Shown piece by piece: positions 26,232 through 36,449 of a DNA stretch of 64,000 nucleotides. How positions within the stretch are numbered: position 1 is the first letter of the stretch; each line of letters starts with the position of its first letter. This DNA comes from Thermoanaerobaculia bacterium (GTDB lineage Bacteria > Acidobacteriota > Thermoanaerobaculia > Multivoradales > JAGPDF01). A program made the position numbers and the translations under genes. Where the stretch lies: NCBI GenBank assembly GCA_048500095.1, contig JASNYQ010000001.1, positions 1,182,696-1,246,695 of the forward strand. The letters run 5' to 3'. A model generated the notes under the pieces. The model was given only the letters and a program-made list of their open reading frames with translations. It was not told the DNA's origin and did no database searches.

Positions 26232-28154
26232 ATGCGGCTCGCGACTCGCTTCGGCAGTGGATGGGGAAAGTGGCTCCGGCGGCTCGCCGTGGGCCTCCTG
26301 GCGGCGGAGGTCGCCTACGTCGCGGCGTTCGCGCTCGCGGCCGAGAGCGGCCTGCTCGCCCGCTGGCTCGACCGCCGGCCGGAGAAGATCGGCTTCTCCT
26401 TCGCCTCGGCCCGCTCCTGGGTGCCGTTCCACGCCTCGGTGGCGGGCCTCGAGGTGCGCGGGCAGACGCCGCGCCTGCGCTGGCGCCTGACCGTGGACGA
26501 GGCGAGCGGCTGGCTCTCCCCGCTGCCCCTCCTCGGCCGCCGGGTGCGGCTGGTCGGAGTCGAGGCGCACGGGGTCACCGCGCAGATCCTGCGGGCCGGT
26601 CCGCCCGAGGCCGCGGGCGCAGAGGCCGAGCCCGGCCCGCCGCAGGCCGACCCGGAGCGGGCCCGCTGGCTGCCGCCGATCCCGCCCCTCGCCCCGCCCC
26701 CCTCGCCGCCGCGGGCGGTGCGGCCGAAGTGGTCGATCGAGGTCCCGCGGGCCGAGGTCGAGGGCGTCCGCGAGGTCTGGATCGACGAGCTGCGCCTCAC
26801 GGGCGAGATCGCGGCCGTGGGCGGCTTCGCGCAGCGCGCGGGGCGCGAGGCGGAGGTGTTCCCGTCGCGGGCGACGGTGCGCGAGGCGCTCCTCGCCGTC
26901 GGCGACGCGCCGGGCGCCGACGCCCTCGCCGGCACGGCCGAGATCGAGGTCGCCCCCTGGCCGTTCCAGGAGGAGCGCGGCTGGGCGGTGCTGCCGCGGG
27001 TGACGGGCCGCGCCGAGCTCGACGGGCGCCTCTCGGTGGCGGGCTTGCTCGCCCACTTCGGTCTCGCGCGCTGGGTGGAGGTCGAGCCGGTCCCCACGCC
27101 GGCCACCATCCGCCTCGCGGTCCGCTCCGGTGCGATCGCCCCCGGGAGCCGGATCGAGCTCGCCCCCTCGCCGCTGCGCATGCGGCTCCTCGACTTCGAG
27201 GCCACCGGCCGCGCCAGCGCGCGGCTCGAGACCGCGGAGGACGAGGCGGGTCCGCGCGGCGACCTCCGCGTCGAGTTCGAGGCGTTCGAGCTCTTCCCGC
27301 GCGGAGCCCAGGCGCCCGACCTCACCGGCACCGGCCTCGCCCTCACGGCCACCACGCGCGACCTCCTGCTCCAGCCGCGCCCGCGCTCGGGGTCGGCCCG
27401 CGTCGACCTCGGCACGGCGCGCCTCGCCGACCTCGCGCGCCTCGACCGCCTGCTCCCCGCGAGCCTGCCGCTCACCCTCGTGGGCGGCAGCGGCAGCGTC
27501 GCCGGCGGCCTCGACGTCGACCTCGGGAGCCTCGCCGCCCGCGGGCTGGTGGCGACGCGGATCGAGGACGCCGCCGTGCGCTACCGCGACCTCGACCTCG
27601 CCGGCGACGTCGCGATCGACCTCGCGCTCGCCAGCCCCGATCTGCTCACCCGGACCTTCGACCTCGCCGGCACCCGCCTCGAGCTCCGCGACTTCGCGAG
27701 CCCGCAGGCCGCCGCCGCCGGGCCCGCCTTCGCCCCGGGCTGGTGGGCGCGCATCGAGCTGCCGGCGGGGGAGGTGCGGCTCCCCCCCGAACCCTCGGCG
27801 CGGACCCGGTTCACCGTCCGCCTGCGCGACTCGGTGCCGCTGGTCGGCCTCTTCGCCACCCGGCGCGACCTGCCCGACTGGGTCGAGAACGTCCTCTCGG
27901 TCGAGGACGTCGAGGTCGCCGGGCACTTCGCCTGGTCGCCGCGCGGTGTGCGGCTCGACGACCTCGAGAGCCGCCTGCGCGAGGCCTCGCTCTCCGCCCA
28001 CCTCCGCTTCGGCCGCGCCCGGCGCTCGGGCGCGCTCCTCGTCGAATGGAAGAAGCTCGCCGCCGCCGTCGCCTTCCGCCAGGAGGAGCGCGAGATCCAG
28101 CTCCTCGGCGCCCGCGCCTGGTACGCCGAGCGCGCGGCGCGGGCGCGGCGATGA
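26232..28154 (+). CDS. membrane-anchored hypothetical protein (640 aa)
   Basis: ATG at 26232 in frame. One N-terminal TM helix, then a long Ala/Leu/Arg-rich region. No recognisable motif. Confidence 0.45.
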   Translation: MRLATRFGSGWGKWLRRLAVGLLAAEVAYVAAFALAAESGLLARWLDRRPEKIGFSFASARSWVPFHASVAGLEVRGQTPRLRWRLTVDEASGWLSPLPLLGRRVRLVGVEAHGVTAQILRAGPPEAAGAEAEPGPPQADPERARWLPPIPPLAPPPSPPRAVRPKWSIEVPRAEVEGVREVWIDELRLTGEIAAVGGFAQRAGREAEVFPSRATVREALLAVGDAPGADALAGTAEIEVAPWPFQEERGWAVLPRVTGRAELDGRLSVAGLLAHFGLARWVEVEPVPTPATIRLAVRSGAIAPGSRIELAPSPLRMRLLDFEATGRASARLETAEDEAGPRGDLRVEFEAFELFPRGAQAPDLTGTGLALTATTRDLLLQPRPRSGSARVDLGTARLADLARLDRLLPASLPLTLVGGSGSVAGGLDVDLGSLAARGLVATRIEDAAVRYRDLDLAGDVAIDLALASPDLLTRTFDLAGTRLELRDFASPQAAAAGPAFAPGWWARIELPAGEVRLPPEPSARTRFTVRLRDSVPLVGLFATRRDLPDWVENVLSVEDVEVAGHFAWSPRGVRLDDLESRLREASLSAHLRFGRARRSGALLVEWKKLAAAVAFRQEEREIQLLGARAWYAERAARARR

Positions 28155-28717
28155 GACCGGGGAGAGCGTCCCCGTCGCCCCTCCGGCCCCTCCTCGCGGT
28201 GGCGACAGGTGTGCTGGCTGTCGCGATCGCGGGGTGCGCCATGCACCGAACGGCGGGCACCGGCGACGTGGCGTTCCGTCTGGCCTGGCGGGGAGCTTCG
28301 GATCTCGATCTCTTCGTGCGCGGCCCGGAGGGTCCGTGCATCTTCTTCTTCCACCGTGCGTCGCTCTCCGGCGGACGGCTCGACATCGACTGCAACGCCG
28401 CCGCGGACCGCCTCTGCGACTCCCCGGTGGAGAACGTCTTCTGGCCTCGAGGGACAGCCCCGGACGGCGAGTACCTCTTCTGGGTCCACGCCCACTCGCT
28501 CCTTCCCGAAGAGGCGCCCGTGCGCCTCCAGCTCCAGGTCCTGCGGGGGACCGAGGCGCACTGGATCCACCGCGCGACGGCGAGCGCCCACGACCAGGTC
28601 GAGGGCCCTTTCCGCCTGGTCCTGCGCGACGGGTGGCTCCTCGGGCGCATTCACCGTCTGCCCGGGCCACCTCCACCCTGCTTTCCCGAGGCGCCTCCTC
28701 CGGACCTGCGGCGCTGA
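28151..28717 (+). CDS. hypothetical lipoprotein
   Basis: ATGA overlap with the upstream stop. LAVAIAGC lipobox. Cys-containing body. Confidence 0.45.
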   Translation: MRPGRASPSPLRPLLAVATGVLAVAIAGCAMHRTAGTGDVAFRLAWRGASDLDLFVRGPEGPCIFFFHRASLSGGRLDIDCNAAADRLCDSPVENVFWPRGTAPDGEYLFWVHAHSLLPEEAPVRLQLQVLRGTEAHWIHRATASAHDQVEGPFRLVLRDGWLLGRIHRLPGPPPPCFPEAPPPDLRR

Positions 28718-28851
28718 ACCAGCTCTCTCCCGCCGGCGGCGCGGCCGGGGCACCGGTTCGGTCGCGGCAGCGGCCGGGCGCGCGATCGCCGCGCCCTTGC
28801 CCCGAGGCGTGCGAGTGCGAGATCGTCGGGCCGAGACCCGGAGAGACCCTC

Positions 28852-29736
28852 ATGCCTGGAATCACTCGCATCGCCCGCATGGCGGTTGCCCTCGCGCTCG
28901 CCATCCCCTTCGCCCCCACGGCGGCAGAGCCCCTCGCCGAGCCACCCGGGAATGCGGCATCCCCAGCGCGAGGCGGGGACTCGGGCGAATGGCGCGAGCG
29001 GCCCGACTGGGCGGCGCTCTTCGCGCCGGTCGGCGGGCGGGGGACGATCGCCGTGCTCGACGGGAGGAGCAGCGAGCGCTGGGTCTTCGGCGCCGCGCGG
29101 GCGGGGGAGCGGCGGCTGCCGGCCTCGACGTTCAAGATCCCGCACCTGCTCTTCGTCCTCGACGCCGGCCTCGCGCGCGACGAGTTCCAGGTCTTTCCCT
29201 GGGACGGCACGCGCCACCCGATCGCGGCCTGGAACCGCGACCAGGACCTGCGCGCCTCGCTGCGCCACTCGACGGTCTGGCTCTACCAGCGCTTCGCGCG
29301 CGAGCTCGGGTCCGCGCGCGAGCGCGCCTACCTCGAGCGGATCGGCTACGGCAACGCCGACGTCGCGGGCGGTGTGGACCGCTTCTGGCTCGACGGCGGC
29401 CTCGCGATCTCGCCGCTCGAGCAGGTCGCTTTCCTCCGCCGCCTCTACCGCAACGAGCTGCCGTTCGCGGTGGAGCACCAGCGGCTGGTCAAGGACCTGA
29501 TGATCGTGGAGGCCGGCCGCGACTGGATCCTGCGCGCCAAGACCGGCTGGGCGGCGCGCCTCGACCCGCAGCACGGCTGGTGGGTCGGCTGGGTCGAGCG
29601 CCCGGAGGGGGCGGTCTTCTTCGCGCTCAACATCGACCTGCCCCGCGGCGGCGAGGACATCGGCCAGCGCGAGGCGATCGCCCGTGCCGTGCTGCGCTCG
29701 CTGGGCGCCCTGCCGAAGGAGCAGGCCACCCCGTGA
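28852..29736 (+). CDS. class D (OXA-type) beta-lactamase
   Basis: Signal peptide. The class D motif set is present: STFK, S-T-V, YGN, KTGW and WWVGW. Confidence 0.85.
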   Translation: MPGITRIARMAVALALAIPFAPTAAEPLAEPPGNAASPARGGDSGEWRERPDWAALFAPVGGRGTIAVLDGRSSERWVFGAARAGERRLPASTFKIPHLLFVLDAGLARDEFQVFPWDGTRHPIAAWNRDQDLRASLRHSTVWLYQRFARELGSARERAYLERIGYGNADVAGGVDRFWLDGGLAISPLEQVAFLRRLYRNELPFAVEHQRLVKDLMIVEAGRDWILRAKTGWAARLDPQHGWWVGWVERPEGAVFFALNIDLPRGGEDIGQREAIARAVLRSLGALPKEQATP

Positions 29737-30083
29737 AGGCGATCGATCTCGCGGCGAAGCTCGCCACCTTCACCGAGCTCTGGCAGCCGCGGGTGGTCGG
29801 GGCGTTCAACGGCCACGACATCCTGGTGGCGAAGGTGCAGGGGGAGTTCGTCTGGCACCGCCACGAGGAGACCGACGACCTCTTCCTCGTGCTCGCCGGC
29901 CGGATCACGATCCGCCTGCGCGACGGCGACATCTCGGTCGGCCCCGGCGAGCTCTTCGTGGTGCCGCGCGGCGTCGAGCACTGCCCCGTCGCGGTAGAAG
30001 AGGCCCATCTCCTCCTCCTCGAGCGCCGCGGCACCCCCAACACCGGCGACCCGGCGACGGCCGCGCCGCGCCGGGAGATCTGA
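29733..30083 (+). CDS. cupin-domain protein
   Basis: GTGA overlap with the bla stop. WHRHEETDDLFLVLAGRITI...VVPRGVEHCP. Confidence 0.55.
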   Translation: MKAIDLAAKLATFTELWQPRVVGAFNGHDILVAKVQGEFVWHRHEETDDLFLVLAGRITIRLRDGDISVGPGELFVVPRGVEHCPVAVEEAHLLLLERRGTPNTGDPATAAPRREI

Positions 30084-30103
30084 AGGCGCCTGGAGAGAAC
30101 GGC

Positions 30104-31168
30104 GTGCTTCCCTCTCTCGCCGACCTCGGGTGGGACGCCGGATGGGAGTCCGACGCGCCACCGCCCGGCAGCCGTCTCGCGGCCGCGCGGGTCGCGGCGG
30201 TCGACCGCGAGCTGCTGCTCCTCGCGGGAGAAGAGGGCTTCTCGCGCGCCCGTCTCTCCGGGCGTTTGCGGCGCGAGGCCGCGGGGCCCGAGCAGCGGCC
30301 GTGCGTGGGCGACTGCGTCTGGGTCGCGCGGGCCCACCGGGGCGCCGCCGGCCGTGTCGAGCGCCTCCTGCCGCGACGGACGCTGCTCGCGCGCCGCGCC
30401 GCCGGCAGCGCGGGGACGACCCAGCCGATCGCCGCCAACGTCGACACCGTGGTGGTCGTTCAGTCCTGCCACTTCGACTTCAACCTCCGGCGCCTCGAGC
30501 GCTACCTGGTGATGGCGCGCGAGTCGGGGGCGACGCCGCTCGTGCTCCTCACCAAGACCGACCTCGTGAGCCCCGACGAGCTCGCAAGCCAGCTCACCGG
30601 AATCCGCGAGGCGGGGATCGAGGACGAGGTCCTCACCCTCAGCAACGTCACCGGCGACGGGCTCGACGCCCTCGTCGCGCACCTCGAGCCGCGCCGCACC
30701 TACTGCTTCGTCGGCTCCTCGGGGGTCGGCAAGAGCACGCTGATCAACGCGCTGCTCGGCGGCGACCGCCTGCCGACCGCGGAGGTCAGCGGCACCGGCG
30801 AGGGGCGCCACACCACCGTGCGCCGCGAGCTCCACCGCCTCGCCGGCGGCGCGCTGGTGATCGACAACCCGGGGATGCGCGAGCTCGGGATGGCGGGCGG
30901 CGAGGAGGGGCTGGCGGCCACCTATGCCGACATCGAGGCGCTCGCGCCCGGCTGCCGCTTCCGCGACTGCACCCACACCGGCGAGCCCGGCTGCGCGGTG
31001 CAGGCCGCGATCGACGCGGGCGAGCTCGACGCCGGCCACGCCGGGAGCTTCGACAAGCTGCGCCGCGAGGCCGAGCGCTACCGCCTGACCGAGCTCGAGC
31101 GCAAGCGCCGCGAGCGCGCCTTCGGCCGGCTGGTGAAGGCGTTCAAGAAGGAGCGCGGGGAGCGGTAG
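30104..31168 (+). CDS. rsgA: ribosome small-subunit-dependent GTPase A
   Basis: GSSGVGKSTLINAL P-loop, DTVVVV, and C-terminal zinc knuckle CRFRDCTHTGEPGCAV. The GTG start is uncertain. Confidence 0.75.
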   Translation: MLPSLADLGWDAGWESDAPPPGSRLAAARVAAVDRELLLLAGEEGFSRARLSGRLRREAAGPEQRPCVGDCVWVARAHRGAAGRVERLLPRRTLLARRAAGSAGTTQPIAANVDTVVVVQSCHFDFNLRRLERYLVMARESGATPLVLLTKTDLVSPDELASQLTGIREAGIEDEVLTLSNVTGDGLDALVAHLEPRRTYCFVGSSGVGKSTLINALLGGDRLPTAEVSGTGEGRHTTVRRELHRLAGGALVIDNPGMRELGMAGGEEGLAATYADIEALAPGCRFRDCTHTGEPGCAVQAAIDAGELDAGHAGSFDKLRREAERYRLTELERKRRERAFGRLVKAFKKERGER

Positions 31169-31196
31169 CCGCGCCTCGGTCTCGTCGGGCCTGCAG

Positions 31197-31235
31197 ATCG
31201 CCTGGCACCTTCTTGCACCTTCTTGGCAGGGCTTC
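31197..31235. repeat. REP-like repeat copy (AGATCGCCTGGCACC) plus CACCTTCTTG x2 tandem
   Basis: Member of the dispersed family RGGTGCCAGGCGAYYTGCRGG, in reverse orientation. Confidence 0.7.
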
Positions 31236-31270
31236 GCGGCAGGTACACTGCCGCGGTCGGGAGGAGAGCC

Positions 31271-31969
31271 ATGAAGAGGATCGGCCTGATCGGCGGGATG
31301 ACGCCGGAGTCCACCATCGCGTACTACCGCGCCCTGATCCGCCTCGGCCGGAGCGTGGCGGCGGATCCCCTCGACAACCCGGTGATCCTGATCTACAGCG
31401 TCAAGCTCTCCGAGATCTTCCGGCTGCAGGAGGCCGGGCGGGACGACGAGGTGGTGGGGATCCTCGGCGACGCGTTCGATCGGCTGCGCGGCGCGGGGGC
31501 CGAGCTCGGGTCGCTGACCGCCAACACGCCGCACGTCTACTTCGACCGGTTGGCGGCGCGCGCCGGCATGCCGCTCGTCAGCATCCTGGACGCGACGTTC
31601 GAGCGGACCCGGGCGCTGGGGTGCCGCAAGGTGCTGCTGCTCGGCACGCGCACCACGATGGCCTCGCCGATGTACCCGCGGCGGATGGCGGCCGGCGACA
31701 TCCGGGTGATCGTCCCCGAAGAGGCGGAGCGGGCGTTCGTGAACCGGACGATCTACGAGGAGCTCTCGGTCGGCCTGACCACCCCGGAGGCGCGCCGGGC
31801 GTTCGTCGAGATCTGCGAGCGGCACGTGAGGGAGGACGGCGCCGACGGGGTGATCCTCGGCTGCACCGAGATTCCGCTGCTCCTCGAGCAGGGGGACGTC
31901 TCGGTGCCGATGATCGACACCACCCAGGTCCACGCCGAGGCGATCTTCGCCGCCGCGCGTGCAGGCTAG
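31271..31969 (+). CDS. aspartate/glutamate racemase family protein
   Basis: MKRIGLIGGMTPESTIAYY N-terminus and GCTEIPLLL C-terminal motif. Confidence 0.75.
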   Translation: MKRIGLIGGMTPESTIAYYRALIRLGRSVAADPLDNPVILIYSVKLSEIFRLQEAGRDDEVVGILGDAFDRLRGAGAELGSLTANTPHVYFDRLAARAGMPLVSILDATFERTRALGCRKVLLLGTRTTMASPMYPRRMAAGDIRVIVPEEAERAFVNRTIYEELSVGLTTPEARRAFVEICERHVREDGADGVILGCTEIPLLLEQGDVSVPMIDTTQVHAEAIFAAARAG

Positions 31970-32026
31970 CGGTCGCTCCGAAGGTGCCCCGAAGGGTGCC
32001 AGGCGACTTGTCGGGAGGGAGAGGCG

Positions 32027-32542
32027 ATGCCACGCTACGTCGCGTTCCTGCGCGGGGTGATGCCCACGAACCTGAAGATGGCCGACCTGCGCCGCGCCGC
32101 CGAGGAGGCCGGCGGTACGGCGGTCCGCACCCTGCTGGCGAGCGGCAACGTCGTCTTCGACGCGCCGTCGCGCTCCGAGGCCGCGGTCACGCGCGCCCTC
32201 GAGGCGGCGATCGCCGCGCGGAGCGGCCGCGCCTTCCGCGCCTTCGTGCGCCGCCAGGCCGACCTGGGGACACTCGTCGCGGCCGATCCCTTCGCCTCTC
32301 TCCCGCTCCCGGCCGCGGCGAAGCGGATCGTCACCTTCCTCGCCTCGCCCCCCGACCCGCCGCCGGCGCTCCCCGTCGAGCACGAAGGCGTCCGGGTCTT
32401 CGCGCTGAGCGGCCGCGAGGTCCTCACCGCCTACCTGCCGCACCCGCGCGGCCCCGTCTTCATGACCCTCCTCGAGCGCCTCTTCGGCACCGAGGCGACC
32501 ACCCGCACCTGGGACACCGTGCGCAAGTGCGCGGCGGGGTGA
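32027..32542 (+). CDS. DUF1697-family protein
   Basis: MPRYVAFLRGVMPTNLKMADLR N-terminal signature. Confidence 0.6.
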   Translation: MPRYVAFLRGVMPTNLKMADLRRAAEEAGGTAVRTLLASGNVVFDAPSRSEAAVTRALEAAIAARSGRAFRAFVRRQADLGTLVAADPFASLPLPAAAKRIVTFLASPPDPPPALPVEHEGVRVFALSGREVLTAYLPHPRGPVFMTLLERLFGTEATTRTWDTVRKCAAG

Positions 32543-32589
32543 GCGAGCCCCTCCGCCCTGCGCGCGAGGAGCCTGAGCGCGGGCCGCCA

Positions 32590-32690
32590 GCGGGTGCCCA
32601 GCGGGTGCCAGGCGACTTGCAGGACCCGACAGGTGCCAGGCGATTTGCAGTGACAGCGGCCCGAGACAGGTGCCAGGCGATCTGTGGCCG
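32590..32690. repeat. cluster of three direct REP-like copies (GGGTGCCAGGCGACTTGCAGG, AGGTGCCAGGCGATTTGCAG, AGGTGCCAGGCGATCTGTGG)
   Basis: Read directly. Spacers are irregular (~13-20 nt). Confidence 0.8.
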
Positions 32691-32779
32691 GCCCCGCGCG
32701 CTGGACGCCCCCCCGGTCGGGGCCGTAACCTCACCGGAAGGCCGTCGTTCGCAGGCGCCGAATCCCAGGAGATCGCACG

Positions 32780-33268
32780 ATGACCGGCAGAGCCCTCGTT
32801 CTCACCCTTCTCTTCGCCCCGCTCTCGCTCGCGGCAGCCCTCGGCGCGGAGGGCGAGCCGGTCGCGAGCGCCGACTTCACGCTCCGGAGGATCGCTCCGA
32901 GAGAGGCGTTCGCACCGTTGCGGTCCTTCGCCGGCGCGACGGAGATCGACCTGATCGATGCCGCGACCGTGCGCGTGCACGGCCCGGCGGCGGTCCTCGC
33001 CCGCGCGGGGACGGTAATCGAGCTCCTCGAGCTCCCCTCCGAGCCGGCGGGCGAGCCCGCACTGCGCGAGCTCGCCGACGGCACGCGGCTCGCGCGCGTC
33101 GCGCTCGGCGAGGTCCCCGCGCGGGAGGCGGTCACCGCCCTGCGCCAGCTGCGCGTCGGCGGCATCGCCGTCTTCGACGAGGGCGCCGCCCTCCTCCTCC
33201 ACGACACCGCACCGCAGATCGACGCCGCCCTCGCGCGCCTCGCCCGTCTCGCGCGCGAGCGGCCGTAG
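32780..33268 (+). CDS. secreted hypothetical protein
   Basis: Signal peptide MTGRALVLTLLFAPLSLAAALG. Confidence 0.45.
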   Translation: MTGRALVLTLLFAPLSLAAALGAEGEPVASADFTLRRIAPREAFAPLRSFAGATEIDLIDAATVRVHGPAAVLARAGTVIELLELPSEPAGEPALRELADGTRLARVALGEVPAREAVTALRQLRVGGIAVFDEGAALLLHDTAPQIDAALARLARLARERP

Positions 33269-33284
33269 CGCGGCGCGGACCAGG

Positions 33285-36200
33285 TCAGGGCGCGGCGGGC
33301 GGCTCCGTCGCCCCGAGGTCGAGCACCACCTCGCCGCCCGGCTCGAGCTGGAACGACGCGAGGGGGGCTCCGGGGAGGGGCTCGCCCCGCACGATTCCGC
33401 GCAGCGCTGGAAGCCACAGCTCTGGCGGGGTGCGGACGAGCACCCACGGCCCCGCGGCCAGGCCGTCCAGGCGGAGCCGGCCCTCGGGGAGCCCCGTCTG
33501 GAGCACGTTGACCAGACCGCCCAGGGGGAGGGTGGCCTCCGCCCCGACGAGGAAGAGCGGCCCCGTGAGCTGCGCCGCTCCGCCCAGGCCTTCGTCCGCA
33601 GTTCTCTGATCCCGAGGGCCGGTGCGCAGCACGAGCGAGCCGGTGGGCGGGAGCGCGAGGCGGTGCCGCCCGGCCCGCCCGGTGTCGACGCGGAAGCCGG
33701 CGATCGCGCGACCCGGGGCGTCGAGGAGCACGAGCGCCCGTCCCCGCGCCCCGCCACGCAGGCGGACGGTCGCGTTTCCCCTGGCATCGGTGACGAACCG
33801 GTGCCCATCGACCTCGCCGTCCGCGCGGAGGGCGAGGACCTGCCCCCCGATCGCCACGAGCGGAAGGCCCTCGGGGGAGACAAAGGCGAGGTCGAGCGGG
33901 CGCGACCTGCGCAGCACGAGGACGACCCCCGCGAGCCGTCCGTCCTCGGGCAGCTGCACGACCTGCGATTCGCTCTCCACCTCGCCCTTCTCGGCGCGCG
34001 CGGTGATCCGGTAACTCCCGCCGGCCACGCGGGTCAGGGCGAAGCTGCCGTCCTCGCGAATCGAGGCGGAAATCCCCGGATACGGCCTCTCGAACTCGCA
34101 CTCCGCCCCGGGCTCACAAGTGACCGCGAGAGCTCCGACGAAGCCCTCCCGCACCGGTTTCCCCTCCTCGTCCACCACCCGGCCCTCGATGCGCCCGCGC
34201 GGCGGCCGCACGATCACCTCCTCGTCCGGGTCCTCGAAGCGCACTTCCGGGACAACGGTGCTCTGCCCGCGGCGCGGATCGAACCACTCGACCAGGTACG
34301 TCCCCGGCCCGGGGAGCCGGATCGTGAACGAGCCGTCCGGGGCGGACGGGGTGAAGTTCGTCCCACCGCGCCTCCCCTCCACCTCGGGCCAGCTGACGCC
34401 CAGATCGAACGCGAGACTCTCCTCCTCCTCGCTCGCGCCCTCCTCCGGCTCGGCGTCGTCCACGATCCGGCCGTGGAAGAGGAGGGTCTCCGTGACCATG
34501 GGCACGGCGAACGGGAGGACGCGGGTCTCCCCCTCGGCGAGCTCGACCGTCCGGGCGCCCCCCGGCTCGAGGTGCCCGTTCCGGTCGAGCGCGAGCAGCT
34601 GGACGAGCCAACTCCCGGGTGGCAGGCCCTCGACCTCCACCGACCCGCCCGGGAGCAGCTGCACCTGGCGCCACGGCCCCTCCAGCAAGGCGTCGTCGCC
34701 GGCCAGCGTGAGATCGACGAGGAGCTCGGCCGCGCCGCTCGCCTCCCCGACCTCGGTCGCCACGATCAGCGTCGCCGCGAGCCGCTCGCGGAGCCGGCCG
34801 AGGTCGTGGCGCGCCCCGGGGGCGAGCTCGGGCACCGCGCGCGCCACCGGCGCTAGCGCCGCCGAGCGCGGCGCCACCACCGCCGCGTACGCCCCCGCAG
34901 CGAGGTCCTCGAACACCAGCCGCCCGTCCTCGCCGGTCTCGCCCCGCGCCATCGCCCGCGGGCGCTCGCCCGCGACGAGCCGCCGCAGCGTCGCGTCCAC
35001 CTGCTCCGCACCGACGAGCAGCACCGCCGCCCCCCGGACCGGCGCGCGGCCGCCAGTGTCGACGACCTGGAGCGCGATCGAGACCGCCGGCCGCAGCCGC
35101 CGCGCCGCGAGCTCGAGCCGCCCGCCGGGCGCCACCTTCGCGCCGGGCTCCACCTCCGGCGCGAAGCCCGGGAAGCGCGCCCGCAGGTCGAGGCAGCCGG
35201 CCGGCACCAGCGCCTCCGCGAGCCCCTCGGTGTCGATCGCGAGCGGCAGCTCGAAGGCGAACGCCGGCGCGCGGCCAGGGACGGCGCAGTCGCGCACCCC
35301 CCACCACCCCCCGGCGGGCCGCTTCCCGCCGGGAGGCGGCAGGAAGCGCGCCACCACCCGCCCGGCGGCGAGGAGCGGCACCTCCAGCGCCGGGCGCGCG
35401 CCCTCGTCACAGGCCGCGGGCGGCAGTGCGAAGACGAGCGACACCAGCCCTGGCGCGCGCGCGCGGAAGAGGGTCTCCGCCTCGCAGGGCACGGCGGCAC
35501 GGAGCTGGAGCGATCCCTCCTCAACCCCGGCCACGGCAGTGGACTCCACGACCTCCAGTCGCCCGCGATCGAGGCGCTCGAGCCACACCTCGCCCTCCAG
35601 CCCCAGCGCTCCCGTGACCTGAAGGAACAGCTGGGCTCCGCCGCCTTCGGGAATCGGCCCCAGCTCGGCGTCGAGCGACTCGGCCGGGAACGGCTCGACG
35701 TGCTCCTCGACGATCCGGTCGGCCTCTTCCACCTGCCCCCGCCTGCGCAGAGCCCCTGCGAGCGCACTCCAAGCCCGCACCGTCGCCGGCGCCCTTGGGC
35801 CGAGCGACGCCTTTGCATGCTCGAGAGCCTCCTCGAAGACGGTCTGAGCCCGCTCCAGGTTCTCGCCCTCCTTCTCGAACTCGGACTCCACGAAGTACTG
35901 GAAGCCGAGCAGGATCATCCCGTCCACGGCCTCCGGGCTCGTGTTTCCGTAGAAGGCCCGCCGCAGCTCGAGGCCTTCTTCGATCAGACGGCGCGACTCC
36001 GCGAGATCCTCGAAGTGGATCGCGACGCCGCTCAGCTCCTGCAACACGCGGATACGCTCCGGAGTCCGGGGAGCCTCGAGCTCGAGGAACTCCTTGGCCC
36101 GAAGCAGCAGCTCCCGGCGCTTCTCGAACGGCGCGCCGGTCTCCCGCGCCGCAACGAGGCTGGCCCGCGCGCGGAGCTGAGGATCGACTTCCGTGCTCAG

Positions 36201-36449
36201 GCACTCCTCCGCCACCAGCTGCGTCAGCTGCGGCAACCGCTCGGCGTCGCGCCCGCCGGGGTCGGGACCGCGGCCCAGTGCCGAGTCGATCTCCGCCAGC
36301 GCCCGGGCGCAGACCGCATTTCGCTCGTTCGCTGTCATCCGGGCATCAGATCCTCCGGAGGCAACGCTTCCGCTGACCGAAACGACAGAGGAAACCCATG
36401 CAATGACCAGAACAGAACGCCCTACCATGTGAGTGTCTCCCCTTCCCAT
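33285..36449 (-). CDS. large protein with N-terminal TPR-like helices and carboxypeptidase-regulatory-like (CarboxypepD_reg) beta domains
   Basis: GRVVDEEGKPVREGFV...DGSFALTRVAGGSYRI motif and repeats of it. Start is uncertain (36449 or 36428). Confidence 0.55.
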   Translation of the reverse strand: MGRGDTHMVGRSVLVIAWVSSVVSVSGSVASGGSDARMTANERNAVCARALAEIDSALGRGPDPGGRDAERLPQLTQLVAEECLSTEVDPQLRARASLVAARETGAPFEKRRELLLRAKEFLELEAPRTPERIRVLQELSGVAIHFEDLAESRRLIEEGLELRRAFYGNTSPEAVDGMILLGFQYFVESEFEKEGENLERAQTVFEEALEHAKASLGPRAPATVRAWSALAGALRRRGQVEEADRIVEEHVEPFPAESLDAELGPIPEGGGAQLFLQVTGALGLEGEVWLERLDRGRLEVVESTAVAGVEEGSLQLRAAVPCEAETLFRARAPGLVSLVFALPPAACDEGARPALEVPLLAAGRVVARFLPPPGGKRPAGGWWGVRDCAVPGRAPAFAFELPLAIDTEGLAEALVPAGCLDLRARFPGFAPEVEPGAKVAPGGRLELAARRLRPAVSIALQVVDTGGRAPVRGAAVLLVGAEQVDATLRRLVAGERPRAMARGETGEDGRLVFEDLAAGAYAAVVAPRSAALAPVARAVPELAPGARHDLGRLRERLAATLIVATEVGEASGAAELLVDLTLAGDDALLEGPWRQVQLLPGGSVEVEGLPPGSWLVQLLALDRNGHLEPGGARTVELAEGETRVLPFAVPMVTETLLFHGRIVDDAEPEEGASEEEESLAFDLGVSWPEVEGRRGGTNFTPSAPDGSFTIRLPGPGTYLVEWFDPRRGQSTVVPEVRFEDPDEEVIVRPPRGRIEGRVVDEEGKPVREGFVGALAVTCEPGAECEFERPYPGISASIREDGSFALTRVAGGSYRITARAEKGEVESESQVVQLPEDGRLAGVVLVLRRSRPLDLAFVSPEGLPLVAIGGQVLALRADGEVDGHRFVTDARGNATVRLRGGARGRALVLLDAPGRAIAGFRVDTGRAGRHRLALPPTGSLVLRTGPRDQRTADEGLGGAAQLTGPLFLVGAEATLPLGGLVNVLQTGLPEGRLRLDGLAAGPWVLVRTPPELWLPALRGIVRGEPLPGAPLASFQLEPGGEVVLDLGATEPPAAP

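Noticed and set aside
32590-32690. Possible CRISPR array (three evenly looking repeats), likewise 50885..51210
   Set aside because: Repeat unit ~20 bp with irregular 13-30-bp spacers. Copies are imperfect and the same motif is scattered singly elsewhere. No cas genes.
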